This document shows positions 10,431 to 24,169 of a stretch of DNA of 64,000 bases, piece after piece. The translations under genes and the position numbers were made by a program. The stretch is taken from NCBI RefSeq assembly GCF_006345805.1, contig NC_043014.1, positions 44,082,001 through 44,146,000 of the forward strand, written 5' to 3'. Under the pieces are notes generated by a model. The model searched no databases, was not told the origin of the DNA, and saw nothing but the letters and a program-made list of their open reading frames with translations. This DNA is from Octopus sinensis (taxonomy: Eukaryota). Numbering within the stretch: the first letter of the stretch is position 1; each line of letters opens with the position of its first letter.

Positions 10431-13400
10431 CTTCTACTGGTAGAATCGTTAGAACTTCAGACAAAAATGCAACCAAATTTTGAGTTTAAACCTTGTCAGC
10501 GACAAATTGACCTTTGTTGAATTTCATATATATTATAATAGAGTTAAGAAAAAAACCCCAGCTGTATTGTAGGAATTGTGGACATTTGAGAGCCAAATGA
10601 ACGTATCCTGCTTTTGTAAAATAAATTTTATTGTTTCTGCCTCATTTCGGTTGAGTAGATTTATGGGATCTTTTCGGTTTGAGGTAGTTTTTAACATAAT
10701 TTCTCGGTAACTAAAAAATTTTAAACTTCGTATACTGGTAGAATGTGTTTATAAAACATCTTTTTCTCTTGGCTTTATTGAGAAAATTCTATGGTTTATA
10801 AGATATTTGTTTTTTTCTTCAATTTCTGCAATTTCAACCAATCAATGACGTCCATTGAGGTAAGAAAAAAACAACATTCTGTGCCGTATGAATATGTCCC
10901 TCGTTTAAGAAACAGATTGGGTTTATTTACATTTGTGAAGAAAAAAAGATACCCTTACCCCCACCCTCCCTAACTAACCCCAAGACAGATTGAAATGCAA
11001 TAGATCGATTCTAGGGTCATAATTATGGGTGACAATTTCATATGACACCGCTAGAAAAAACTGCCGTTCAAACCGAAAAGATCCCTGAATTCAAACGTCA
11101 CCGAGGTTGACTTTACTTCTTACCTCTTTGGGGTCGATAAAATAAGTACCAAATGAACACTGGAGTTGATGTAATCAACGATCCCCTCACTTAAAACTGC
11201 TTGTTGTGAGCCAAAACTTGAAACTAAGAAAGGTGGCGAGCTGGTGGAATCGTTAGTGCATCAGACAAAATGCTTAACGGCATTTCTCGCGATTCTGTAT
11301 GTTATGAGTTCAAATTCCGCCGGAGTCGACTTTACTTTTCATTGATAAAATAAAGTTCCTGTCAAACACTGGGGTTCATGTAATCGGATCTTTTCGGTTT
11401 GAACGGCAGATTTTTCTAGCGGTGTCATATGAAATTGTCACCCATAATTATGACCCTAGTATCGATCTATTGCATTTCAATCTGTTTTAGGGTTAGGGGT
11501 GGGGGGAAGGGTAACTTTTTTTCTTCACAAATGTAAATAAACCCAATCTGTTTCTTAAACGAGGGACATATTCATACGGCATAGAATGTTTTTTTTTACC
11601 TTAATAGACGTCATTGATTGGTTGAAATTGCAGTAATTGAAGAAAAAACAACAAATATCTTACAAACTATAGAATTTTCTCAATAACGCCAAGAGAAAAT
11701 GATGTTTTATAAACACATTCTACCAGTGTACGAAGTTTAAATTTTTTTAGTCACCTAGAAATTATGTTAAAAACTGCCGTTCAAACCGAAAAGATCCATG
11801 TAATCAATTAACCCCTCCCCCCATTGATGCTGACCCTGTGCTAAAATTTGAAACCCTTCCTATGTAGCTGGCTTAATTGACTCAAAGAGGAATTTTGTGT
11901 GTCCGTGTTTATTGAATTTGGATATTCTGTTTTCGTAAGACAAAAAAAATAAGGGATCTTTTCGGTTTGAACAGCAGTTTTTAACATAATTTCTAGTAAC
12001 TAAACAATTTTAAACTTCGTATACTGATAGAATGTGTTTATAAAACATCTTTTTCTCTTGGCTTTATTGAGAAAATTCTATAGTTTCTAAGATATTTGTT
12101 GTTTTTTCTTCAATTTCTGTAATTTCAACCAATCACTGACGTCCATTGAGGTAAAAAAACATTCTGTGCCGCATGAATACGTCCCTCGTTTAAGAAACAG
12201 ATTGGGTTTATTTACATTTGTGAAGAAAAAAAGATACCCTTCCCCCCACCCCTAACCCTAAAATAGATTGAAATGCAATAGATCGATACTAGGGTCATAA
12301 TTATGGGTGACAATTTCATATGACACCGCTAGAAAAAACTGCCGTTCAAACCGAAAAGATCCAAAATGGGAATTGCTCCATTATTTTTCCAGAGCAAATT
12401 ACGAGAACTCTATTTGTATTTTATTAGGCAAAATATAATCACGTTGAAAGCATTGGTTTTTCGTTCGACCATCGAAGTTAAGCAACGTCGAGTCAAGTTA
12501 GTATTTCGATGGCTGACTGCTTGGAACCTAAATGCTGAAAGTCTTAATTTTCAAGGCGGTACACCAGCATGACCGCAGGCCAACGACTGAAACTAGTAAA
12601 AGTTAAACGATCTAAACTTGCTCCTGAGCAAATGCACCTCTTCACCCTTTTATTGTTCGGATCAACTTCATTCTCACTTTATCTCCCTCAATGTTTTGGA
12701 TCCGAACTCTAAAGACAGGATCAATAAAATATTGGGATCTTTTCGGTTTGAACGGCAGTTTTTTCTAGCAGTGTCATATGAAATTTTCACCCATAATTAT
12801 GACCCTAGTATCGATCTATTGCATTTCAATCTATTTTAGGGTTAGGGGTGGGGGGAAGGGTATCTTTTTTTCTTCACAAATGTAAATAAACCCAAACTCC
12901 CTTTCCGTGATTAGGGCAGCGGACTCGCGGTCATAGGATCGCGGTTTCGATTCCCAGACCGGGCGTTGTGAGTGTTTATTGAGCGAAAACACCTAAAAGC
13001 TCCACGAGGCTCCGGCAGGGGGTGGTGGTGATCCCTGCCGTACTCTTTCACCACAACTTTCTCTCACTCTCTTACTTCCTGTTTCTGTTGTACCTGTATT
13101 TCAAAAGGGCCGGCCTTGTCACTCTCTGTGTCACGCTGAATATCCCCGAGAACTAACGTTAAGGGTACACGTGTCTGTGGAGTGCTCAGCCACTTACGAG
13201 GCTCCGGCAGGGGGAGGTGGTGATCCCTGCTGTACTCTTTCACCACAACTTTCTCTGACTCTCTTACTTCCTGTTTCTGTCGTACCTTGTATTTCAAAGG
13301 GAGCCGGCCTTGTCACTCTCTTCTGTGTCACGCTGAATATCCCCCGAGAACTACGTTAAGGGTACACGTGTCTGTGGAGTGCTCAGCCACTTACACGTTA

Positions 13401-14722
13401 ATTCCACGAGCAGGCTGTTCCGTTGATTCGGATCAACCCTAACCCTCGTCGTCGTAACCGACGGAGTGCTTCCAATCCAATATTCTTCCCATTGATAAAA
13501 ATCTTCATAAAGGAAAAGAAAAAGACAAACACGATGCTGGAATCATTCGTTCGCACGAGTGAATCTAGTAAATGTATATCGAACTTAATGTTCCTGGATT
13601 AGGCTGCACCAGTGTCATACACTCACTGCAATTGCTAAGGTTCTCTACAACTCTTCAGTATTTGTTGATGCAGTATCTGATTATTCGAGGAGCCTTGTCC
13701 TGGAACCAAGACAATATTTCAATTTTCTTTAGTATGTTACGAAGCCATATTTCTCAGTGTTAGTAAAACGCCAGGTTTGTTTTATATCGAAGGCGGCGAG
13801 CTGACAGAAACGTTAGCTCGCCGGGCGAAATGCTTAGCGGTATTTCGTCTGCCGTTACGTTGTGAGTTCAAATTCCGCCGAGGTCGACTTTGCCTTTCAT
13901 CCTTTCGGGATCGATTAAATAAGTACCAGTTACGCACTGGGGTCGATGTAATCGACTTAATACCTATGTCTCTCCTTGTTTGTCCACTCTACGTTTAGCC
14001 CCTTGTGGGTAATAAAGAAATAGGTATTTTGTCTGCCGTTACGGTCTGAGTTCAAATTCCGCCGAGGTCGACTTTGCCTTTCATCCTTTCGGGGTCGATA
14101 AATTAAGGACCAGTTATGCACTGGGGTCGATGTAATCGAATTAATCTGTTTGTCTGTCCTTGTTTGTCCCTTCTGTGTTTAGCCCCTTGCGGGTCGTAAA
14201 GAAATAGATTAGTTTCATATCATATTTTATTTTTGATGGCTATCAATGCCACAAACCAGATGGATCCAATAAATAGTATCGACTACATAAAGCAGACTGG
14301 AATTTATTCCTTAGATTATCCCGCTTATAATTACATTACTTATTTTCTTTTTAAGAACGACATAGATTTCTCCCTCCCCAGTTCTTTGAGTATGTTACAG
14401 ACAGTCACATTACAATCGCTTGCTTGCTTGTATTCTACAGTTTTAGTATACAAAAAGAACGTTATGAGTTTTATAAAATGGACAATAACATTTTGAAAGT
14501 GGAAAATGTGACGTTGTGTCACCGTTTTCAGCTTTGTTTGATCGTAAGGACACCATTTTGTTGAAATATTTTCCCAGGTCTGTTTTGGAACGCCTAACGT
14601 TAGATTTACCATTTTGGAGAGCAGTTGTGAAAGTTCAATAAGTTGACAATACGAGTGCAGTTTATGTGTTGATTATAATCTGAAGAAATTAGTGGTTTCC
14701 TACAAGCTCTGTACAGCGTAGA

Positions 14723-14942
14723 GCAGTGGTTTTCAACCAGGGCTCCACGGAACCTTAGGGTTCCGCCAGTACAGTCCAGGGGTTCCACAAGAAGTTACAA
14801 AACTGCTAAAATCGGCAGTAATTTTTAATTCTCCTGTGCAGATATGTGTGCATAAGACTATTAAATTATTGCACAGGGGTTCCTCGAGCCAGTGGAATGT
14901 TTCCTTGGGGTTCCGCTCCAGCAAAACGTTTGAAAAGCACTG
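14723..14942. mobile_element. hAT-like MITE
   Basis: Termini CAGTGGTTTTCAA..TTGAAAAGCACTG; GGGTTCC subterminal repeats; similar decayed element at ~6543-6875. Confidence 0.7.
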
Positions 14943-14989
14943 GTCTAGAAAGACGAGAAAAAAAAAGAAGCTTCTAGCAACAGCCTTCA

Positions 14990-15340
14990 GATAAGAAGTG
15001 CTGTGGGTTGGATAGTTCAATTGACGCAGTGTAGTCCGATGGTCTGGCAGTGGCAGAGATGGTTATACTCTGGTAACGGGTAAGTGTTGAGGTGAGAAAG
15101 ATAAAGAGTGTATGGGGTGTTCGAGTTTCGATCCAAAATACAAGTAAGGGATGAAACACGTTGACGCAGGCGGCTGATAACTGCAAAAGATTTCGCTTCC
15201 GCATCGGTGTAGGCGGGGGATACGAGAAACACGAGAAGTTGTGAGCGTTGAAATCGCCGTAGACGAGAACTCCGGAAAGTGGTGAAGTGATGATATGAGA
15301 GAGAACCTCCAATGCAAGCGGTGATATTGTCAAAGAGTTA
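14990..15340 (-). mobile_element. Decayed LINE APE-endonuclease fragment
   Basis: VLVYGDFNAHN motif; homologous relic at ~56700-57400(+). Confidence 0.65.
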
Positions 15341-16035
15341 CTGGTGGTTTGAGGAGTTAGAAAAGCACATGTACTTATCTGTTATTGGTCACAAAATGTT
15401 AGTGGTTGTCTTCAACAGTAAAATTTATTTTGTGACAGTCTTTATTGTCGGAAGGCGAGAATCTTGACGTTTCGAGGAAAGAATCTTTCCCTTACAATTG
15501 TAGTTGGTCGCAAATGTAGTTCGTCACATTATGTTTGAATGTGAATTTGTGCGTTTGATATATTAGGATTGAATATCACGTGCATTTATTATAGAAAGAC
15601 TAGAGGAGTCCCATAACACTAAACGATGTACAATTCATTAATGTATAGCGTTTGAAAAATTATGATTAATTTACAGAAACTATTTAAGAAATAAGCATAA
15701 AATCACTACTACGCGAGAGTGAAGTCCTTATTTAAAAGGTTTGGTTACAAGTAATTTTTTGAAAACATTTTTTTTTATACACAAAATATTAACGCTAAAC
15801 GATGCAAAATTGATTAATGCAAAGCGTTTGAAAAATTATGATTAATTTACTGAAACTATTTAAGAAATAAGCATAAAATCACTACTACGCGAGAGTGAAG
15901 TCCTTATTTAAAAGGCTTGGTAGCAAGTTATTTTTTGAAAACATTTATTTTTTTATAGACAAAACACTAAAAAGTTGAACTATATAAAAACCGAAAAACA
16001 AAATACAAACGATCGTATGTATTGAGAAGTAGAGG

Positions 16036-17169
16036 TTATCGATTTTGAAGAGATGGGAAATTCATCCGCAAGCCCAGTAAACACAACAGAGTCAAAAGTG
16101 TGATGCTGTTGACGAGAACAGCCAACACAATCCAGTCCTGTTGTAAACCAAAGCTAACTGTAGCAGACATGATTTTAAATAAAGTACATACGAGACACTG
16201 GATGAGACGGCGGTTGCGCAAAATCGCTCCCCGTTTCGAAAATGGGAAAATTATACAAAAGATTATCAACGCACTGCCATCTATAACCAGGTCTAGAAAA
16301 GCACTCATGTATTCAATTACCGTCTTTGGAAAGTTGTAAGCTATCTTCAACAGATGTATTGTGCTGCATGAGAAACTGAATACGCATAACGTCAGACAGA
16401 CGAGTAGATAGAGCCAGTGTAATTTATAATAATTCGTAGGGAGCCGTTGGGGCCGCTGTCGGTCGTATTGCTGGGGTTGCCGAGATCCTCTTCGTGTAGT
16501 CATTTCTATGCTTTCTTCGTTGCCGAGATTGTTGGAAACGAGTAATGGTGAGGGTCTTGCCCACACAATATTCGCGGCTCGTTGCAAATTGTTCATACTT
16601 GGAGCATTATACAAATTAACCCGCATACTATCTTCATTAGCTCTCAAATTATTATCAGGTCTATCTCCATCCGTTATCAGATTATCTTCAGGGTTATCTC
16701 CATCCGTTACTAAAATATCTTCAGGGCCATCTCCATCCGTTCCCCTATCTTCAGGGCTATCTCTATTCGTTATCAAATTATCTTCAGGGCCATCTCCATT
16801 CGTTCCCATATCTTCAGGGCTATCTCTATTCGTTATCAAATTATCTTCAGGGCCATCTCCATCCGTTCCCATATCTTCAGGGCTATCTCCATCCGTTCCC
16901 ATATCTTCAGGGCTATCTCTATTCGTTATCAAATTATCTTCAGGGCTATCTCCATCCGTTCCCATATCTTCAGGGCTATCTCTATTCGTTATCAAATTAT
17001 CTTCAGGGCTATCTCCATCCGTTCCCATATCTTCAGGGCTATCTCGATTCGTTATCAAATTATCTTCAGGGCTATCTCCATCTGTTCTTAAATTTTCCTC
17101 AGAATCGTCTTCATCCGTTCTCAATTTTCCCCTAGAATTGTCTCCATCAGTTCTTTCCGAGTCCTCCAT
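16036..17169 (-). CDS. 4TM family copy 2 (377 aa) with expanded acidic N-terminal repeats
   Basis: ATG at 17169 (MEDSERTD); in-frame (GTDGDSPEDNLITNRDSPEDM)n repeats; NAPSMNNL, EESIEM, HWLYLL, FCIIFPF and FGLQQDW motifs. Confidence 0.85.
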   Translation of the reverse strand: MEDSERTDGDNSRGKLRTDEDDSEENLRTDGDSPEDNLITNRDSPEDMGTDGDSPEDNLITNRDSPEDMGTDGDSPEDNLITNRDSPEDMGTDGDSPEDMGTDGDGPEDNLITNRDSPEDMGTNGDGPEDNLITNRDSPEDRGTDGDGPEDILVTDGDNPEDNLITDGDRPDNNLRANEDSMRVNLYNAPSMNNLQRAANIVWARPSPLLVSNNLGNEESIEMTTRRGSRQPQQYDRQRPQRLPTNYYKLHWLYLLVCLTLCVFSFSCSTIHLLKIAYNFPKTVIEYMSAFLDLVIDGSALIIFCIIFPFSKRGAILRNRRLIQCLVCTLFKIMSATVSFGLQQDWIVLAVLVNSITLLTLLCLLGLRMNFPSLQNR

Positions 17170-18356
17170 TCTTTCTAGGGATATAATCTCCAGCTGCTGA
17201 TATGAAACCAAACGGATCTCAAAATTTTCTTCCACTGCCCAAGCTTTGTATTTCTTATCTAAAAAGCAGCAATGAATTTAACAAAAAAAAAAAGTCTACT
17301 TATCTTGTTCGGTGTTCAAACTGTCTTAAATGAACTAGTCCAACCCCCCCTCTCTCTCGTTTATTATTCGAAACTACGACACGGTTTCAATTCTTAGTTA
17401 AGTCAAAAAATAAAAAAATTATTTGATGTCCTTGGAAGTGCATGAACGACATATCCTTTCTGTTTGTTTCTCTTAGAATAAATTACTTCTATGTCATCCA
17501 CATTGCTATTTATTAAATCTGTGGTACCAGCCTACCCTTTGGCGTCACGCTCCTAAAATTTTACTTATCAAAAATCAGATGTTCGCATTCTCACCGCGGT
17601 TAGATTTTAACTAAAAACATAAACACCAGAAAAAAAAAAAAAACATCAACCGACGATTTAAACGCAGTTTCATTTTGGCGGAATCTACTTTGTGGCAAAC
17701 ATCGAAACCAAGTCCCAGGTCTGGAACTAACTTCTTTCAATCGTACCATCAGTATCGTCCTGGGAAGGGACATAATCGTTACTCTCTTATTAAGACACAT
17801 GTAAGACATCAAGTGAAATGTTCTCAGCCATAAAGTGAAACCAAGTGGCTTTTACAGCTTGTCAAGAGCTTACCTTTTACTCTGCTACTATCAACACAAT
17901 TCTAATATTGGCTTCAAATTTTGGCACAAGGCCAGCAATTCCAGGGAAGATTTAAGTCGATTACATCTACCCCCAGTGCTCAACTGGTACTTATTTTATT
18001 CTTTTCTACATTAGGCACAAGGCCCGAAATTTGGGAGGAGGGTGACAGTCGATTAGATCAACCCCGGTACGCAACTGGTACTTAATTTATCGATCCCGAA
18101 AGCACGAAAGGCAAAGTCGACCTCGGCGGAATTTAAACTCAGAACATGAAGACAGACGAAATACCGATTTCTTTATTACTCATCAGGGGCTAACATAGAA
18201 GGTACGTGCACAATATCGGGGAACTAAAATTATAAAAAGGAGGCATAAAGAAAGAAGCAAAATTAAAAGAAACGAACGAATCATGAAAAATATGATATAA
18301 TGAGGCGGAATGCCCACTCGACCCCTGAAGTCGAATGGTTACAGAATAAACTTCCT

Positions 18357-18771
18357 TTTGACCCACTTTTTATGTGCTATAAATGGGAAAGTCACACAAA
18401 ACGTAAAAGATGTGTTAAGCAATTGGTACGATCATGAAGATTGTAATTACGCGGTTGTGGATGGTGATGATATGGACTTATTGGTGAGAAGGTTTGAGGA
18501 AGAGGGTGTGTGTTGGAAGTCAGTGCAAATGAAGGATAAATTGATAGAGAGGGCTGAAAGAAAAATGAACGTTGTGATAGGTAAGCAAGGAATGCTAATT
18601 GGAAATGGGTGAAAGGACAGGTAAGTGATGCTGACGGATGGGGCCGTCGGCATCGCTTTCATATATCATTTTTCATATTTCATTTACCCATATATATGTA
18701 ATTGTGATGTTCTGTGTCCCCAATGTTTGTAACGTCCCCTCTGTGTAGCCCCTAGTGGGTAATTAAAAATC
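18357..18771 (+). mobile_element. 5'-truncated ORF1-only element (diverged subfamily)
   Basis: ORF C-terminus HFLC..WY..YAVVD..IGNG matches 50386-51777; 3' hairpin and tail present; TSD ACAGAATAAACTT(T)CCT. Confidence 0.8.
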
Positions 18772-20682
18772 ACAGAATAAACTTTCCTGGGCTATAATAG
18801 ACTCGGGTACCCCACACTAGTTGCGCACTGGGGTCGATCTAATCGACTGGCCTTGTGTCTGCAGTAGAAAAGAATATCAATATTACGAGGACATGCGCTA
18901 TCACAGCGCGTCGCTGCACCCGCCATTTGTTAGGGATTTCCTACCCTTGGTGAATGGCACCTTTACTGATGAGGGTTCTACAAGGTCGGAGTGCAAATCC
19001 TACCTCAACTTCTTTCAGTCGCTTTTTACGACTCGCAGAGGAAGCGTTGGATCTATTCTTTGGCATGCCGCTTGCCATACAGTTCTAGAGCAACGTGAAA
19101 TGAAGTGTTTTGCTCAAGAGCACAACACATCGTCCGGTCCGGGGATCTAACCCACAGTCTAGTGATCGTGAGTGTAACAGCCCTGACCACTGGGGCCACG
19201 TACCTTCACGAGTAATCATTGAGTTTAATTACTCAGGGACGCTACGGACGTGAAGGACATAAGTTAAGTTAGTGTTAACATATCTAATATAGATTTTAAA
19301 TTTTGACACAAAGCCAGCTATTACAGGGAGGGGGCATGTCAGTTATTTTGACCCATGTATTCAACCGGAGTTTGTGGAGGCACATGGCCTAGTGGTTAGA
19401 GCAGCGGACTCGCGGTCGAGGGATTGCGAGTTCAAATCTCAGACAGAGCGATTTATGTGTGTGTGTTTATGAGCGAAACACCTAAGCTCCATGCGGCTCT
19501 GACCGAAGGTAATGGCGAACTTCTGCTGACTCTTTCGCCACAACTTTCTATCACTCTTTCCTCCTGCATCTTGTAGCTCACCTGCGACGGACCGGCATCC
19601 CGTCCAGGTGGAGAACCTATACGCCAAGGAAATCGGGAAATCGGCCCTTATGAGCCAGGTGTGGCTCGAGAAGGAACAAACAATTCAACCGGAACTTAAT
19701 TTATCGACCCCGAAAGGATGAAAGGTTAAGTCGATTGGCGGAATTTGAGCTCAGAACATAAAGACAGACGAAATGACGCAAAGCATTTTACCCGGTGTGC
19801 TTAACATAGCTAATATAGGGAACATAAAATTTCCAGTTTGATTTATGCAGCGCAGAAAAACCTTTGTTAACTCAAGGACTAATATTTTAATCGTTTCGAT
19901 AAATATGAGAAACCATTTCAGTCATATTTCTTTGTTACTAGACTGGTAAAGTGTAAGCGTCGCTGAAGAGATCTTATAAACCGAAATATATCCGAAATTA
20001 TGTCCAATATTAACCAAAATGATTAGCATAAATCATGGAGCTATTGAGGCCTTTTCTTCGTTACATAATCATTTCCAATTGGAGTTTTAACAATCGTTAT
20101 TTCGACTTTGGGATCTTTTCGGTTTGAACGGCAGTTTTTTCTAGCGGTGTCATATGAAATTGTCACCCATAATTATGACCCTAGTCTCGATCTATTGCAT
20201 TTCAATCTGTTTTAAGGTTGGTGTTAGGGTTAGGGGTGGGAGAAGGGTATCTTTTTTTCTTCACAAATGTAAATAAACCCAATCTGTTTCTTAAACGAGG
20301 GACATGTTCATACGGCACAGACTGTTTTCACCTCAATAGACGTCATTGATTGGTTGAAATTGCAGAAATTGGAGAGAAAAAAACAACAAATATCTTACAA
20401 ACTATAGAATTTTCTTAATAAAGCCAAGAGAAAAAGATGTTTTATAAACATTCTACCAGTATACGAAGTTTAAAATTTTTTAGTTACCTAGAAATTATGT
20501 TAAAAACTGCCGTTCAAACCGAAAAGATCCCGACTTTGTTAACTTCACTCTGAGTTAACTAAATGGCTAGGACTTTGAAAACTAGCGGACAATTTCTTTT
20601 TTCCGGTTGCACTGTGGTAGTTTTATTTGATAGATTTCGACTTTATTTTTTATGTTGCTGAGTTTCTATACAGTTCTATAGT

Positions 20683-20985
20683 TAAGAGATGAGGAATTAT
20701 GTACATTATTTAGAATTGACGGATATTTGTCCTCATCTTGTTTGTTGTTAACACAACGTTTCGGCTGATATACCCTCCAGCCTTCATCAGATGTCTTGAG
20801 GAAATTTCGAACTTGGTTCTCGTTCCTAAGGTATATTTTGATGTTATTACTATTAATATCATTATGCTCCTAACCACTATGCCCACGGGTATATGGCGTA
20901 GTGGTTAAGAGCGCGGGCTACTAACCCCAAGATTCCGAGTTCGATTCCAAGCAGTGACCTGAACAACAACAACAGCAGCATCTTG
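20683..20985. mobile_element. tRNA-headed SINE with Penelope-like tail, head-to-head inverted arrangement
   Basis: Minus-strand tail at 20683-20840; plus-strand head TGGCGTAGTGGTTAAGAGCGCGGGCTACTAACCCCAAGATTCCGAGTTCGATTCC. Confidence 0.7.
20750..20795 (-). ncRNA. Minimal type I hammerhead ribozyme motif
   Basis: GACAU-CUGAUGA-A-GGCUG(gaggguauau)CAGCC-GAAAC-GUU-GUGUU: both core boxes, helices I and II, and palindromic AACGUU helix III. Confidence 0.7.
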
Positions 20986-21406
20986 AGTTAGGTGTCATCT
21001 ATCATAACCTTGAGTTAACCGAGGCCTTTCGGAGCGCGATTTGGTAAATGGCTACCAAGTGGAAGCTTGTCATTATTTTTAGAAGCAATGAAAAATATTC
21101 ATTTCAAATTCTGGTACAAGGGCTGCAATTTCGTGGGAGGGGTGATTCGATTACATCGACTCCAGTGTTCAACTGGATGGTTCTTGTTTTATCGACCCCA
21201 AAACGATGAAAGGCAAAGTCGACAACGGTGAACTAAGAACGTAAAGGTTGGACGAAATGCTGCCAAGCATTTCGTCCGGCATGCTAACGATTCTGCCAGC
21301 TCGCCGCCTTAACAGCAATTAAAATACTGGAAGTTCATAACAAACTAAATCAAAAATGATTTAAAAGAATTAGCAAAAACGATCGAATGTAGACAGTTGA
21401 AGGTGG

Positions 21407-22029
21407 TCACAGATTTTGAGGATATGTAAAATTCGACCTCAGCATCGGTATACATAACAGAGTTAAAAGCAAGATGCTGCTGCCAAGAACAGCTAGTATA
21501 ATCCAGTCGTAATATAAACCAAAGATGATGCTGGCGGACACCAGATTACATAGAGTGCATAGGACACATACGATGAGATTGCGGTCTGGGAAAACTAAAC
21601 TTTGTCTCGGAAACGGAAAAACGATGCAGAAGATTGCTAACGAGTTGCCGGCTATAACCACATTTAGAACAATACTCCAGTAGCCATATACGGTGTTTGG
21701 AATATTGTGAGCTAGTTTTAACAGACGACAAGACTAAAGGTTGAACTGAACACAGACAACGCCAGATAAATGAGTAAATAGGCCCAGTGTATACGATGAT
21801 TGGCAATGTGGTCTTTGTTCTCAAGTTGTTGGTGGTGGTGGTGTTGATGCCGTTGAGATCCTTCAAGCGCGGTCATTTTTAGGTTTTCCTCATTATGGAT
21901 ATTGAAGACAAGTAACAGACGACGTGTTTTCCACGATTCAGTCAATATTCGGAACAAATTGGCCCTAATTGGAGCGTTATTCAGATTTTCAACTTCACAG
22001 TCTGCATTAGTTTTTTCAGAATTTCCCAT
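21407..22029 (-). pseudogene. 4TM family copy 3, single-base frameshift (pseudogene or assembly error)
   Basis: ATG at 22029 (MGNSEKT..HWAYLLIYLALS); adding 1 nt at ~21727 restores LLKLAHNIPNTVYGYWSIVLNVVIAGNSLAIFCIVFPF..DW..QNL. Confidence 0.85.
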
Positions 22030-22373
22030 TCTGCGATATAATCTTTCTTCAGCTGTTTTGAAGCCAAATTTCCTCCGTCCCAAATATTGACAGTTAATCA
22101 AGTTTTAATATCTATCGTTTTTGAAATAATGGAAATTAATATTTTGCTTTGATTTTAAAAAGCTATCTTAAATGAACTATTCCATCATTTCACCTTCTGT
22201 TTCTTTTTATTTGTGTTTTTTCATTATTCAATCACACTTTCTTGCATCCACAACACAGATTCAATTCTTAGGGAAAGCCATCTAATCTCACTTTATTTTA
22301 TTAAATTTGCCACAAGGGCAGTACATAGAGTAAGGTAGCTTGCGGGCTGGACACGGACATTAATGAGATGAAT

Positions 22374-22863
22374 TCCTTATTAACCTATAAAGGTTTTACA
22401 CAGAGGGGACATTCAAAGTACAAACTCGCTTCTTACATACAGAGTAAAAAACCGGATGGATTTACATATATTGTGTATGAGGGTTTAAAATATACATATG
22501 AACGATGATCGGATGAGTTTTGGGTCCGGGTTAGTGAGTTAACCCGCCGGCTGGTTATCCCTTTTTGGTAATTTTTTTCCTTCCTTTTATGCTCCGACCG
22601 ACCGTGCAAGCACAGCCTCGTGCGTTCTCATCTTTCTTACTACTGTCGTCCATCTTTTTCCAAACGCTCTTTGCGGCAGGCTCCTCCTCTCCATACGGAT
22701 CTTGCTGGACAGATGGGCAGCGAAGTAATTATTCACCAGCCCACGTCCGGAGAGGAACTGACCTGTCGCAATCCCTTTTGCTCGCGTCTTCCATACCACA
22801 TCTTTCAGTATGGTTACTACGCAGAGAAAGGCTACCTTTTTTTCTTTGGTGAAAGATGAAGGT
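22374..22863 (-). mobile_element. Tx1/L1-like LINE ORF2 3' fragment with 3'UTR
   Basis: FLCVVTILKDVVWKTR..F.AHL..KIRMERRSL....KRW aligns to 35529-35984; TSD GACATTAATGAGATGAAT; tail GTCCCCTCTGTGT..AATAAGGAAT. Confidence 0.75.
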
Positions 22864-24169
22864 GACATTAATGAGATGAATGATAACGATACATCTAATC
22901 TCGTTTTCTTTATTTCCTATAAAAAGGATACATAGAGGGAACAAACAAGGACAAACAAGGGACATATAGAGGTCAGACGCACTCGTTACACAAAATTAAA
23001 GCGAATGGGTTTAACTTGGCAGAAGCGTTAGCACGCCGGGCGAAATGCTTTGCAGTATTTCGTCTGCCGTTACGTTCTGAGTTCAAATTCCGCCGAAGTC
23101 GACTTTGCCTTTCATCCTTTCGGGGTCGATAAATTAAGCACCAGTTACGCACCGGGGTCGATGTAATCGACTTAATACCTATGTCTGTCCTTGTTTGTCC
23201 CCGCTATGTTTAGCCTCTTGTGGGTAATAAAGAAATAGATATGAAAGTTAAAAATATAAATGATCATTTTATAACAGTATTTTTTCCGGGTTAGTGACCT
23301 AACCCGCCGGTTGTTTTCCTTCTGGTAATTATTTCCAGGAACCCAACCTAGACCCCCATATCTACGGCGTTCGCCGCTGGAATAAGGAGTGGTTGGAGAT
23401 CACGTGGTCGTTAGCCTTGAATCGCCAGGCCTGGTCGGCGTTTGTGAGAGATGCAGCATTGAGGATGAATGAAGCCAGCTCAACCCACCCCGGGTGAATG
23501 CCGTAAGAAGAAGAAGGAGAAGAAGAACTGTTCACATTGCCGAGGTCGACTTTGTTTTTCATCCTTTCGGGGTCGATTAAATAAGTACCAGTTACGCATT
23601 GGGATCGATATAATCGACTTAATCCGTTTGTCTGTCCTTGTTTGTCCCCTCTGTGTTTAGCCCCTTGTGGGTAGTAAAGAAATAAGTACTTCGTCTGTTA
23701 CTACGTTCTGAGTTCAAATTCCGCCGAGGTCGACTTTGCTTTTCATCCTGTCGGGGTCGATTAAATCAGTACCAGTTATGCACTGGGATCGATATAATCG
23801 ACTTAATCCCTTTGTCTGTCCTTGTTCGTCCCCTCTGTGTTTAGCCCCTTGTGGGTAGTAAAGAAATAGGTATTTTGTCTGTCTTACGTTCTGAGTTCAA
23901 ATAGTTTGACGAATTATTAGCAACTTGTTATTGGCATTGCGCTGTCTCTGCAGTCTGGTAGCCTGAGTGCAAAATATGTATGGGCCAACAATTAACTTTT
24001 CGTAGTTATGCTTTGGTTGACATTGGCATCAATCGAACTCACTTTGACAAAGAAGCCGTCGATCGTCTGTGAGCCTTTTGATCTTCAAGAAGCGCTTCTC
24101 TTTCCGTCTTTATTCTCTTCATACAAAATACAAAAAGAGTGTGGGGGTATCGATGAGGCTCAACGATAA

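Noticed and set aside
16508-17200. 230-aa Ser-rich plus-strand ORF, and similar antisense ORFs over the ORF1 copies
   Set aside because: Antisense shadows of the real reading frames
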